Positions 35,945-45,504 of a DNA stretch of 64,000 nt are shown here, in pieces. Within the stretch, counting starts at the first letter, position 1. Every line of letters begins with the position of its first letter. Below the pieces are notes generated by a model. It saw nothing but the letters and a program-made list of their open reading frames with translations, was not told where the DNA came from and did not search any database. The translations under genes and the position numbers were made by a program. Location of the stretch: the IMG/VR virus record IMGVR_UViG_3300025141_000016, positions 186,001 to 250,000 of that record; one strand, given 5' to 3'.

Positions 35945-36015
35945 TTTGACCCCTTGGGGAAGGATGCTCGGCGGATCAATCGGCTTCGGTCAGCGGCGGT
36001 CAGGCTCTTGGACAT
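35941..36015 (-). CDS. 24-aa tag-A stub
   Basis: MSKSLTAADRSRLIRRASFPKGSK*; TAATG and ATGA couplings; not in the ORF track. Confidence 0.6.
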   Translation of the reverse strand: MSKSLTAADRSRLIRRASFPKGSK

Positions 36016-37886
36016 TAGTACAGGCTCTCTTCAGCGCGGTGTAGGACTGCGTTCAAGGTGACCAAGGTATCGAGAACCCTCCCCACCTCGGAGGACTCCC
36101 CATGCTTTCGGGCAAAGGCTTTCATCGTCTTGTGGAGAGAATCCACAGCCCTACGATCTGGGTCACTCACGGAGGGGAAATCGACCTTGGCACTGGAAGC
36201 GGTCTTCAGGGCAGCGAGGATGGATCGCCGTTCCTCTGACCCTTTGGGGAGGCGCGAGGCGAGTCGGATGCGGGCGGCCCGAGCGGTGGGGTCACGGCGC
36301 TTCGACCCGTACTTGTCCATCGAGCCGGTGGTTTCGTAGGCGGCTTCTTCCAGGGCTTCGTTGATCGAACCCCCACCAGTGTCGTCGGCGTACTGGCCGA
36401 GTTTCTGTTTCAGATACCGTTCCAGAACCTTGATGCCCCGGTCCCCATCTACGAAGTAGTGGTCCCAGTCACCGTCCCAGATGCCGACTCCCTCACCACG
36501 GAGGGTCATCAGCACGAGGTAGGCGGCCCCGTCGTCCAAGAGATCATCGACCTCCATGTCTTCAACGAGAGCATCGGCGTTCTTGCGGTGCCACTCCTCC
36601 ATCGCCTTTTCCAAATCCTGCTCAAACTTCTTGGCGAGAGCCTTCACGGCGCTGGTAGCTTCCGCATCACGGCTGTTGTCAAGGTCAGCGGATTCCGCCG
36701 CCCCTTCGGCCAACCAATCAAGTGTTCGGGGGGAGAGCCCCCGTTCGTGTCGGCCAGCCGTTCGTGTTGCTGCCATCCTTTCCGAGTGGCCGCCTTTCTC
36801 TGCTTGCTTCACGAGCCAGTCGGCACCGTCGCCGTACATCTGGTGGGATCTCCCTGACTGACCCTCAAACTTCTTGCCTCGCATCCGGTCGAAGTCCACG
36901 CGGCCCTTGGGGGTTTCGGCGTAGAACTCTCCGAAGCCCATGTGATGCACGGAGACTCCAGAGACACGCTGGCACTTGTTGATGAACGCGGTGTCCACAT
37001 ACCACTTGCGGTCGGAACCTTGGTGGTGGCCTGCTGTCTTGCCTGGGGCATGGGGCTTGGAGAAGTCCACAACCCCTTCGTTGAGGAGTTTGGCAGCCGA
37101 GGGCACTTGTTTGGGGTCAATGACAGGCATCTGCTTCCGGTCGGGTGCCCAACCGGGAACCTTCTGGCTCATCAGCTTGACGTTTTCCGCCATCTGGTCG
37201 ATGCCCGCCTCTACGGATCCGAAGGCTTTTTCCAGGGTGGCCTTCACGGCATCGGCGGTAACAGGGAACTCCCCTCCGATGCCCGTTGTCGTGTACTCTT
37301 CCAGCAGCTTTCGGACGTTCCCCGGCTTGAAGTCAGCGATTGCTCCCTTCCCCGCGTTGCCGTTGCGGACCTTGAACTTGCCCTTGCTGATGATGTTGAG
37401 GACTTTCAGCAACTCCTTACCGGGAAGGCCCGCAGCGTATCCTCCAACCTTGCCTTTGGAGCCGCCCGCGAGGATGGTCGCTGCCCAACGATGGTGACCG
37501 TCCAGAATGTGTTTGTCTTTTGAGACGATAGCTCCAAGGTCACCACCAATCTTGTCTTTCTTCAACATCCCCAAGGCCATCCCGATAGCCTTGGGGAGAA
37601 CCATTGTCTTCTGGGATGGGTTGAGGGCGGTAGCTGCCCAGGATCCCTTCCCGGCGCTGACCACATCGTCCCCCGAGTTGCCGTCACTCAGTCCCGACTG
37701 GACAATGTATTTGGCCACTGTGGGGTCAACTGCGTCCAGCTTGCCTGCGCTCGCGACTGCCTTTTCGATCTCCTCGGGCGTAGGAACACCTGAATATGCG
37801 GTGAGGTCGGAAGCCAGACGCACAAGGGCAGAACGGTATTCTGGGTGCTGGAGTGCGAGGTTCAGAATGAGGCGGCGGTTGAGCAT
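36015..37886 (-). CDS. multi-module tag-A protein with a ParB/Srx-like domain
   Basis: ILDGHHRWAA; GKTAG and TRTAG junctions; internal RIRLASRLPKGSEERRSILAALKTA. Confidence 0.8.
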   Translation of the reverse strand: MLNRRLILNLALQHPEYRSALVRLASDLTAYSGVPTPEEIEKAVASAGKLDAVDPTVAKYIVQSGLSDGNSGDDVVSAGKGSWAATALNPSQKTMVLPKAIGMALGMLKKDKIGGDLGAIVSKDKHILDGHHRWAATILAGGSKGKVGGYAAGLPGKELLKVLNIISKGKFKVRNGNAGKGAIADFKPGNVRKLLEEYTTTGIGGEFPVTADAVKATLEKAFGSVEAGIDQMAENVKLMSQKVPGWAPDRKQMPVIDPKQVPSAAKLLNEGVVDFSKPHAPGKTAGHHQGSDRKWYVDTAFINKCQRVSGVSVHHMGFGEFYAETPKGRVDFDRMRGKKFEGQSGRSHQMYGDGADWLVKQAEKGGHSERMAATRTAGRHERGLSPRTLDWLAEGAAESADLDNSRDAEATSAVKALAKKFEQDLEKAMEEWHRKNADALVEDMEVDDLLDDGAAYLVLMTLRGEGVGIWDGDWDHYFVDGDRGIKVLERYLKQKLGQYADDTGGGSINEALEEAAYETTGSMDKYGSKRRDPTARAARIRLASRLPKGSEERRSILAALKTASSAKVDFPSVSDPDRRAVDSLHKTMKAFARKHGESSEVGRVLDTLVTLNAVLHRAEESLY

Positions 37887-37940
37887 GGCAGGATCTCCTG
37901 TTCACCCCCACGGGAGGTATAGGAGAAGTATTACCCGACC

Positions 37941-37955
37941 CGGTATTCCCCCTAT
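37941..37955 (+). promoter_or_regulatory. class L promoter motif
   Basis: CGGT-ATTCCCC-CTAT, 38 nt before ATG 37993. Confidence 0.6.
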
Positions 37956-37992
37956 ACGCAAGGGAGGGTGGCTACCCGTGGAGGAACCCCTC

Positions 37993-38694
37993 ATGCGCCT
38001 ACTGATGATCATCTGCACCCTCATCCTTTCGGCGTGCATCAAGAAGCCTGTCCCGACCAGCCCAGTGGAGTCACCGGATCCGATTCCGGTGGTGTTGATC
38101 TCATTGGAGTCCGCGAGTTCCATCAGTGCTGTAGCGGGGCAGTTTGCCCAACAGTCTGGCGACTATGTGGGTTGTGTGACCGGCCTTGCCCTATCGGCGG
38201 CTTTGACCACAGCCCGCGACGGGGTGGCTGGGAACATTGAGGGTGGCCTCATCCCTGGCGTGGACCTCGATGTGGGTGTGTGCTTGGACCTCGCAGAGTC
38301 GCAACCCGAGGGCGAGGATGTTCCGGCGCTTGTCCAGCCCCTTGTGGATGTTGGGCTCCAGACAGTCAAGACTGTCCTCGACATTTACGGCAGTCAGATC
38401 GACTGCGCGGCGTTGGCATGGACCCAGGCTGGTCTGACCTACGCGGGTCAGGTGGTGGGTGCTGCGGTTGCAGAGATCGAAAGCCCCGACGGTAAGGTGA
38501 CCTTGGGTGAGGTCAGCGTGGACCTTGCAGACTGTGAACCTGCTCCCGAGGAACCTGCTCCCGAGGAAGCCCCTGTCGAGGAACCTGCTCCCGAGGAACC
38601 TGCTCCCGAGGAACTTGCTCCCGAGGAACCTGCTCCCGAGGAACCTGCTCCCGAGGAACCTGCTCCCGTCGAGGAGTCTACCGACTCACCGTGA
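37993..38694 (+). CDS. lipoprotein with C-terminal EEPAP repeats
   Basis: MRLLMIICTLILSAC lipobox; GAGGA RBS. Confidence 0.75.
   Translation: MRLLMIICTLILSACIKKPVPTSPVESPDPIPVVLISLESASSISAVAGQFAQQSGDYVGCVTGLALSAALTTARDGVAGNIEGGLIPGVDLDVGVCLDLAESQPEGEDVPALVQPLVDVGLQTVKTVLDIYGSQIDCAALAWTQAGLTYAGQVVGAAVAEIESPDGKVTLGEVSVDLADCEPAPEEPAPEEAPVEEPAPEEPAPEELAPEEPAPEEPAPEEPAPVEESTDSP
38536..38675 (+). repeat. 15-bp coding tandem repeat GAGGAACCTGCTCCC (EEPAP)
   Basis: About nine near-identical units. Confidence 0.9.
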
Positions 38695-39751
38695 TGCGGT
38701 CAGCGAGGAAGGTGACATCTGCCTTCCCCCATGGTGCCCATATCTGTTCCCAGTTGCCGCGTTTGCCCGCCGTGGGGGGGATGTAGAGCAAGACCATCTT
38801 GACCTTGGCTTCCCCGAGCATGACCATATCCGCTCCCTGGAAGGGGATCGCTGTGTTGGCCATGACCCCAAACACCAGGGAGAATGAGTCTATCCCGTCC
38901 GACCGATGTGGATGGGCCTGGGTGAAAGCCTTGCCGGACGAAGATTCCCACCAGGGAATCGCCCCTCTCCCCAGGTAGGAAAAGAGCAGGCGACCCAGGC
39001 GGTCGGATTCCATCGGCGTTGCTTGCAACTCTCGTCTCCGTCGGACTTTCTCTCGGCGGTCGAGAGGGCGACCATCGGGGCCAAAGCCGTACTGCACGGT
39101 TTCATATCGGAGTGCCCGTTTGAGTTTGCCGGGTAAGTCGCTGGGGCCGAAATACTCTCCGTACCAGAGTTCTACGTCGCGGGGCTTCAAGCCCAGTTCG
39201 TTGATCATGTCGTCTACTTCGTCAGCAGACACCTTACGGATCTTCCCGTTCTCACCCACGGCGTACCACTGTCTCACGTCACCCTTGCTGGCGTGGACCG
39301 AGCACCCGAGCCCGGTGTAGCAGAAGTCGGGGTCAATCGAAATGGTGCCAGAGTCCGGCTTCAGTTCGCCATCAGCCCCCGTAAGATGGGCGAAGACGCG
39401 CCCGTTGCCGTCGATCTCCGCGACGAACAACTCGTGGCCAAGCCGTTTGCCTTGCTGGCTGACCCCCCACTTCGCCACCTTGTCCCTGTCGGCACCCCAT
39501 TGAGCCCCAAAGGCTCGCTCCCCCTCAACGGAGTAGGAGCCGCCCTTGATCTCACCTGTGTCCCAAATGTCCCTGACTTCTTCGCCGTCCATGACCCGGA
39601 ACAGCGGCACCGAGGAGAGGAACTTCCCCACGGCGATGTTCCCACCGAAGCGGGATTGGGCTTTCTCGGTAGCTTCGGGGATCACCTCGACCTTCACGCT
39701 TCCAGCGGAGAGGTGACGGGCTGCAACTCGGCTGCAACTCGGACGGGTCAC
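38678..39751 (-). CDS. tag-B protein, possible ART-like N-terminal domain
   Basis: MTRPSCSRVAARHLSA; LFRVMDGEE...GEI. Confidence 0.7.
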   Translation of the reverse strand: MTRPSCSRVAARHLSAGSVKVEVIPEATEKAQSRFGGNIAVGKFLSSVPLFRVMDGEEVRDIWDTGEIKGGSYSVEGERAFGAQWGADRDKVAKWGVSQQGKRLGHELFVAEIDGNGRVFAHLTGADGELKPDSGTISIDPDFCYTGLGCSVHASKGDVRQWYAVGENGKIRKVSADEVDDMINELGLKPRDVELWYGEYFGPSDLPGKLKRALRYETVQYGFGPDGRPLDRREKVRRRRELQATPMESDRLGRLLFSYLGRGAIPWWESSSGKAFTQAHPHRSDGIDSFSLVFGVMANTAIPFQGADMVMLGEAKVKMVLLYIPPTAGKRGNWEQIWAPWGKADVTFLADRITVSR

Positions 39752-40044
39752 AGGCTGTTCTCAAAGGCGACGAACCAGTCCCGCAGGGCGACCTCCGTGG
39801 CTTCACCATAGGTCGAGTCGTAGACACCCTCCGGCGAGGACTCATGTCCTACGACCGTGGCCGAGTAGCGGGGGCGCGTGCCTGCCATCAACGTGTCGAT
39901 GGTGTAGACCTCTCCTGCCGGAACCTCGATCTTGACCACAAGGCTCTCTGGTTCCTCAAAGGTGACGCTGTAGGACGGAAGCCCAGCGACCACCGCCACC
40001 CAGCGACCTTTCCAACACTCATTGGCGATCTCTTGGAGACTCAT
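39748..40044 (-). CDS. hypothetical protein
   Basis: GGAGA RBS before ATG 40044. Confidence 0.65.
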   Translation of the reverse strand: MSLQEIANECWKGRWVAVVAGLPSYSVTFEEPESLVVKIEVPAGEVYTIDTLMAGTRPRYSATVVGHESSPEGVYDSTYGEATEVALRDWFVAFENSL

Positions 40045-40052
40045 CTCTCCCC

Positions 40053-40946
40053 CTAAATGAAGCTGCGCGGGCTCAACACGCCCCGCCCCACGTTCGGGCC
40101 AAACGCGGATCTGACCCCACGCCCGAATCGGGGCTGCGCGAGTCCACGCATGTACTTGGTTGTGCGAGACTTGGCCTCGCATAGCTTGTCCCACTGGTCT
40201 TCGGCGTTCTGCTTCATGCCCTCGTACTTGCTGGACTTCTCGACGGAGAGGCTGATCCCACCGATGCTGTAGTCGAACTCGTTGGCAATCCAGTTGTAGG
40301 TGAGGGCTTGGGCCGCATTGACCAGAGCCCCCCAGAGCATCGCTGCTTTCCATGAGGGCTTCTGGGCGCAAAGCACCTCCAGTGTCCGCAGTTCCTCCGT
40401 TTCGGGGGGCTGCATGTTCCACTTCCACAAGGCCATCTCCAAATACTCCGCGAACTCCTCGTCCGTCCAGATGTAGCCAAAGACTTGGTTGAAGCACCCG
40501 ACCGTGCCTTCGCCCTCGGGGGGCATGAAGCGGTAGTTGCGGTCGGGGTTGTTATCCCTGGTGAGGAACCGCATCTTGCGGATGAGGTCAGTCACGCAGG
40601 TCGAGTAGGTGGACGAGGTGGTCACCGCGTCAGACACCACCCCCCATTCTTGGACTGCCCCTTCCTCGGGATCGACTGCTGTCTCACGGAAGCGCCATCG
40701 GATCACATAGTCACCGGGGACCGCACTCGCAGGGACTTGGAGGCTCGCGTAGTATTCCCCAACAGCCGGGTTGACCGGGGTACGGGTGGCTGACCCGATC
40801 AAGACCTCATCGCTCGTGTCAGGGTCCACGAGGTAGATGGCGTAGGAGATGCTGAAAGCGTTGACCGGATTCCCCGTATCGTTGGACAGGAAAATGTCGA
40901 GATCCCCTCGCTGTAGGGTTTCTCCTTGTGTGAAGACGACGCTCAT
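40053..40946 (-). CDS. probable virion structural protein (Ig-like N-terminus plus neck/connector-like helical part)
   Basis: AGGAGG RBS; beta-rich N-terminus (VGEYYA...PGDYVIRW); FDYSIGGISLSV. Function is inferred. Confidence 0.5.
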   Translation of the reverse strand: MSVVFTQGETLQRGDLDIFLSNDTGNPVNAFSISYAIYLVDPDTSDEVLIGSATRTPVNPAVGEYYASLQVPASAVPGDYVIRWRFRETAVDPEEGAVQEWGVVSDAVTTSSTYSTCVTDLIRKMRFLTRDNNPDRNYRFMPPEGEGTVGCFNQVFGYIWTDEEFAEYLEMALWKWNMQPPETEELRTLEVLCAQKPSWKAAMLWGALVNAAQALTYNWIANEFDYSIGGISLSVEKSSKYEGMKQNAEDQWDKLCEAKSRTTKYMRGLAQPRFGRGVRSAFGPNVGRGVLSPRSFI

Positions 40947-40974
40947 AGACGGACCTCCTGCCCCCTGCCCCTTC

Positions 40975-40989
40975 ATAGACGACCTACCG
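40975..40989 (-). promoter_or_regulatory. class L promoter motif
   Basis: CGGT-AGGTCGT-CTAT, 29 nt before ATG 40946; back-to-back with the 40999 copy. Confidence 0.65.
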
Positions 40990-40998
40990 CCCCCCAAT

Positions 40999-41013
40999 CG
41001 GTAGGCCGCCTAT
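40999..41013 (+). promoter_or_regulatory. class L promoter motif
   Basis: CGGT-AGGCCGC-CTAT, 43 nt before ATG 41056. Confidence 0.65.
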
Positions 41014-41055
41014 ACCTTCCGACAGACCAAAGACGATTTTACGGAGCCATCTCCT

Positions 41056-44000
41056 ATGGACAAAGAAGCCGCTCGGCCACCCTCGGTGACTCCTCAAAAT
41101 ATGAGCGAGTTGATCCTTTTTCTCCTGGCCTTCCGCTCCTATGTGCTCTTGAAGGGAGAGGAAGACCCTCACACGGCTCTGGGGAAGAAGATTGCTCAAC
41201 GGTACCGCAACCTCTCGGAAGCGGGGTTCGCCAGATACTTTGAACCCCTCATCGAAGGGGACCAGAAGTTCTCCCGGTTCAAGCCCTTCTACCGCAGGGC
41301 GACGATGGGAGCCCCTTTGCAGGCAGCACTTTCACAAGGGGAGTTTCTGACTGAACTCCTCCCGCTCCTTTCACAACGCGCCACCGTGTTGCAGGAGACG
41401 TTCTCGGATTCCCGCGCTGTCCAAGTTGTCCGTAAGGCTGGGCTGGCTTGCCACGAGGAAGACCCCGCAGTAGTGCTGCGGGGGATCGCCCTTGTGCCCT
41501 CTGCCGCCAAGTTGAAGATTCCCCGCGCTTGGGTTCGGGAAGCGGTTGCTTTGGCAGACGTGTCGATTGAGCCAGCCGAAGGAGTGTTGGCTGATTCGGA
41601 GACAGCCCAGACCATCGGAGAAGAACTCCGCGAGGTCGAGGCTCACATCCTTCAAGTGGACCCTCTTACGGAGGAGGGTGTTGCCCTCCGTGAAGCCAAA
41701 GAGGAGATCATTGACCGTATCGACGGTGTGGCAGCGGAGAGCGAAGTGCCCTCTGCCGTTTTTGGTGCCGCAGCGGGAGCGGCGGCACAACCCAAAGAGT
41801 ATCGAACCGCGACAGGAGCCACACGGAAGCTGCTCCCTGACAAGGAAGCGGCGATGATGATTCGTGGTCGTGGGATCATCGCGGCTGGGGCCGGAGCAGG
41901 GAAGACGATGACCCTGGCCTCCAAGGTCGTCTACCACATCAATGAGTTGGGGGTTCCGGCGAGCAGCGTGATCGCCACCTCTTTCTCCCGAAAGAGTGCG
42001 GCGGAACTACGGAAGCGTATCGAGAAATATGGGGCCTCCTTGGGGAGCAAGCGGGCTGCCGCAGGGTTCGGAACCACCCACTCGGTCGTCTCCCAACTGA
42101 TGCAACAGTACGGGAACGGCGAAAGGAAGGAAGGGCTCAAAGACTATGGTGTGACGACGCTGGTTCGTTTGGCGATGGAGCAGGTACAGATGGGGGGAGG
42201 GGGAACACCCCCCGAGGCCATGAGTCTGTTTGCTGGGCTTTCCGCAACTGCTCCCACTCCTGCGGACGTGGACTCTCCTGATTCGGCTCCTGGGATTGGC
42301 CTCACGTTCATGGAGGCCCTTCAGTTAGCCGCAGACCGGAAGCAGAAGATCAAGTGGAACAACTTTCTTTATGGCTACCTCCGAGGCTTCTTTGACTCGC
42401 GGGACCAGTGGCATCGTTTCAAGATGCGTAGCACCAAGAACATGACTGACCCTCGTGGGATGAACGACAAGAACAAGGGCATCGTGGAGCAAATCTTCCA
42501 GTATACGGGAGTGGACTACGACATTTGGAACCCCGAGCAGAAAGACCCCAACCTCTCGGGGACCACGCGCACGGGTGCCCCGAAGAAAAAGAAGCGGGAC
42601 AAGGACAAGGGGCTTCGTGAGAAGTACGAGTTCTTTGGCCGTCCGGCTCGGGAGTGGTTCAACCTCGGCTTGGACCTGACGACGGAAGGCGCGGATGGGG
42701 AAAAGACCCCCATGCCGGTGGGGGAGTTCAAGGGGGCCATCACGAAGATGAAGGGGAAGCTCATTTCCCCCACCGAGGCTTGGCATGATGATGCTCACGA
42801 GGATGCCCACGCTGCGGTGTACGCGGCGTATGAGTGGTTGAAAGGCCCTTACGGCGAGGAGGATTTCCAGAATCACGGCGACTTTGACGACGTATTGATT
42901 GATATGTCGAAGATGATGCTTCGTGACCCCAGAGCCCGAAAGAAGATCCAATCACGCTTCCGTGTCCTGCTCATTGACGAGGCCCAGGATCTCAACCGCG
43001 CACAGCACCTCATGTTTGGCCTGATGGCTGGCTTCATCGATCCCGATAAGGTCGATCAGGTCGCATCCGTGGACAACATCATGGATCTCGCAAACGACGA
43101 CGGCTCCATGACCGCTGACACATTCTGCTTCATCGGAGATGACAAGCAGGCCATCTACGAGTTCCGTGGTGCCGACCCCGAAGCCTTCATTGGCTTGTCT
43201 GATCTGGTGGAGGGGGGCGCAGGGTTTGAAACCCATGTGCTGGAAACCAACTTCCGCTCGGGCAAGCTGATTGTGGAAGCAGCCAACCGTCTCATGGCGT
43301 ACAACACACGTCAGATTCCAATGGTGTGCAACGCCAACCCGGATCGGGCCGACGAAGGTGGAATCAAGGCCATCTCTTTCGCGCCTGTAGAGGGTTCCGA
43401 TTTCAGTGAGCCCGCCGATTGGGTGGCTGGCCACATTCAGGAACAGATGGGGTTGGGGGCGGGAAACAGCGAGGACGCTCCTTCCTGGGATGCCTTTGGC
43501 ATCGGGTTGAGGACCAACGGCGAAGCCATGGCGTATGGGTTGGAACTGATCCGGCGCGGCATCCCCTTCCGGTCCAAGGTCAACTTCTTCAGTGACCGCA
43601 CCACGAAGGCTCTGCTCGGATGGCTGACTATCGCAGACGAAGGGGTCAACGGGAACCCCGACCGTATCAACGCGGCTGTGATAAACGTGAAGAACGCTCC
43701 CGTGACCATGTTGGGCAAGACCTTCGTGGAGCGGCTTGGGGAGAACGCCACAGGGAACTACATCGAATGGCTCCAGTCAGACGGGCCGAGCATCTATGGC
43801 CCGCGTGCCAGATGGACCAAGAACGTCAATGACTTCACGGCCAATCTGGTGGCGATAGCCGCATTGAAGGGTGCGGGGATGGACGCGAAGGAAATCCTCC
43901 ATGAGATTTTCCAACTCCAAGGATTCGATGGCACCAACATCAAGGAAACCCTCATTGACGCTGTGCGAGAGGACAAAGACCGCATGGCCGAGTTGATGGC

Positions 44001-44637
44001 CGCCGCTCCTGGGGGAGTGGTGTCCGATGAACAGGTAGAGGAGGAAGCCATGGGGGCTATCGGCCCCCTCCTGGGGCTCTTGGAGTCCCGTGCGGACTTG
44101 CCCGAGGCCATGGAATATGTACGACAGTTGGAGCGAGCCAACGAGAAACTGGCCGCCTACGATGATCCCGACAACGCCAAGGCACGAGAACCAGCGGTGA
44201 CGTTGGGGACCATGCACTCATGGAAGGGCTTGGAAGTCCCCAACATGTACATCCCCATGGTCGGGGGGCGCTTCCCTCGCTTCGACAAGCAGAGCGAAGA
44301 AGACCTTGCCTCTGAACGGCGGCTCGCCTACGTCGCGGTCACTCGCGGTGAGGACAACGTGTTCGTTCTCGACATTCCAACAGCGCGGACGACCAAGGCG
44401 GGAACGGTCATTCAACGGAGTCAGTTCGTCGGGGAACTGTGTGTCCCTGACCTCTCCGCTGGGGCTCGTATCGCTTCCGATGCCGCCGAGGCGGATGAGG
44501 AGGAGATGCAGCAACTTACCGAGGACATGGATGCCATGATCGATGTGTACCTTGCTTCGGATGAGGCCACACCACCGGAACAGAGACTCGCCGTATCCTG
44601 GGGATCTACCCTCTTTGCCCCTCGGGGTGAGGGATGA
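41056..44637 (+). CDS. uvrD: UvrD/PcrA-family SF1A DNA helicase with N-terminal extension and insertion
   Basis: AGAGAGKT, LIDEAQD, IGDDKQAIYEFRGADP, LETNFRS, TMHSWKGLE, ERRLAYVAVTRG. Confidence 0.93.
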   Translation: MDKEAARPPSVTPQNMSELILFLLAFRSYVLLKGEEDPHTALGKKIAQRYRNLSEAGFARYFEPLIEGDQKFSRFKPFYRRATMGAPLQAALSQGEFLTELLPLLSQRATVLQETFSDSRAVQVVRKAGLACHEEDPAVVLRGIALVPSAAKLKIPRAWVREAVALADVSIEPAEGVLADSETAQTIGEELREVEAHILQVDPLTEEGVALREAKEEIIDRIDGVAAESEVPSAVFGAAAGAAAQPKEYRTATGATRKLLPDKEAAMMIRGRGIIAAGAGAGKTMTLASKVVYHINELGVPASSVIATSFSRKSAAELRKRIEKYGASLGSKRAAAGFGTTHSVVSQLMQQYGNGERKEGLKDYGVTTLVRLAMEQVQMGGGGTPPEAMSLFAGLSATAPTPADVDSPDSAPGIGLTFMEALQLAADRKQKIKWNNFLYGYLRGFFDSRDQWHRFKMRSTKNMTDPRGMNDKNKGIVEQIFQYTGVDYDIWNPEQKDPNLSGTTRTGAPKKKKRDKDKGLREKYEFFGRPAREWFNLGLDLTTEGADGEKTPMPVGEFKGAITKMKGKLISPTEAWHDDAHEDAHAAVYAAYEWLKGPYGEEDFQNHGDFDDVLIDMSKMMLRDPRARKKIQSRFRVLLIDEAQDLNRAQHLMFGLMAGFIDPDKVDQVASVDNIMDLANDDGSMTADTFCFIGDDKQAIYEFRGADPEAFIGLSDLVEGGAGFETHVLETNFRSGKLIVEAANRLMAYNTRQIPMVCNANPDRADEGGIKAISFAPVEGSDFSEPADWVAGHIQEQMGLGAGNSEDAPSWDAFGIGLRTNGEAMAYGLELIRRGIPFRSKVNFFSDRTTKALLGWLTIADEGVNGNPDRINAAVINVKNAPVTMLGKTFVERLGENATGNYIEWLQSDGPSIYGPRARWTKNVNDFTANLVAIAALKGAGMDAKEILHEIFQLQGFDGTNIKETLIDAVREDKDRMAELMAAAPGGVVSDEQVEEEAMGAIGPLLGLLESRADLPEAMEYVRQLERANEKLAAYDDPDNAKAREPAVTLGTMHSWKGLEVPNMYIPMVGGRFPRFDKQSEEDLASERRLAYVAVTRGEDNVFVLDIPTARTTKAGTVIQRSQFVGELCVPDLSAGARIASDAAEADEEEMQQLTEDMDAMIDVYLASDEATPPEQRLAVSWGSTLFAPRGEG

Positions 44638-45500
44638 ACACCTCTCGCACAGCGGCGGGAACCTACGTCCAGATCACTCGGCAGGAGTTTGAGGATTGGC
44701 TGGACTCCCTCGGGTTCCGGGGGAAGTGGCGACTCAAACCCGGTCGGGGCGGGATGTACCAACTCTTTTTGAGCCCCCAGGTGATGATTGAGATCAACAG
44801 CACCACGGGGTCACAGGCCCAGGTGATGCAACGGGGCCGCGCCTCCATGTCGTTGAAACTCGTCTCGCGGATCACGGGGAAGGTGCTGAACAAGAAAGCC
44901 ATGGGACAGCGACACTTCGCGAGAACAACGAACTGGCGTAAGAACTGGGCCAAGGGCGTTGAGCGGATGAAGACCGCCTACGAGGGGTCAAGGGGCTGGT
45001 ACGACCAGATTGCCGAGATTGAAGACCGCGACAAGTACAAGGCTGAAATGATGGGGCGTATCGAAGCCATCCCTGACTGGGACGGTGACGCTTTTCTCAC
45101 GAGCCTCCACGAACGGCTGGGGAAGGGTGGTGTCCTGACGGGCAAGCAAAAGGCAGCCCTGGAAAGAACAGAGGGAAGACGGCAGCCTGCACGGGAGCCG
45201 GAACAACCCCCCCGGCCTCGACGCGAGCGCCCGGAACCACCTACCCGTTCGCGGGTCCGAGAGCCGGAGCCCCCAGCGGAGCCCGCATGGCAACCTCCTG
45301 ACATTGAGACGGTACGGGAACTCTATCGCAGGGCTCGTGCTTCCAACGACACTTGGACCTTGGGGTTCGTGGAGTCTGTGGGGAAGATGATCAAGGGGGG
45401 TCGTCCATTGAGCGACCGCCAACAAAAGGTGCTTGATGAGAAGCTGGAAGACTACCGGCTCGGCCCGAACTCCCGGCGTGCCCATATCGTAGGGTGGTGA
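44634..45500 (+). CDS. hypothetical protein with two F..S.......L[TS].[KR]Q helical repeats
   Basis: MNTSRTAAG; FLTSLHERLGKGGVLTGKQ and FVESVGKMIKGGRPLSDRQ. Confidence 0.75.
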   Translation: MNTSRTAAGTYVQITRQEFEDWLDSLGFRGKWRLKPGRGGMYQLFLSPQVMIEINSTTGSQAQVMQRGRASMSLKLVSRITGKVLNKKAMGQRHFARTTNWRKNWAKGVERMKTAYEGSRGWYDQIAEIEDRDKYKAEMMGRIEAIPDWDGDAFLTSLHERLGKGGVLTGKQKAALERTEGRRQPAREPEQPPRPRRERPEPPTRSRVREPEPPAEPAWQPPDIETVRELYRRARASNDTWTLGFVESVGKMIKGGRPLSDRQQKVLDEKLEDYRLGPNSRRAHIVGW

Positions 45501-45504
45501 CCCC

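Noticed and set aside
37905-37940. Class L motif for the 37886(-) gene
   Set aside because: It reads GGT-N10-CTAT rather than N7. It may be a variant, but I did not count it.
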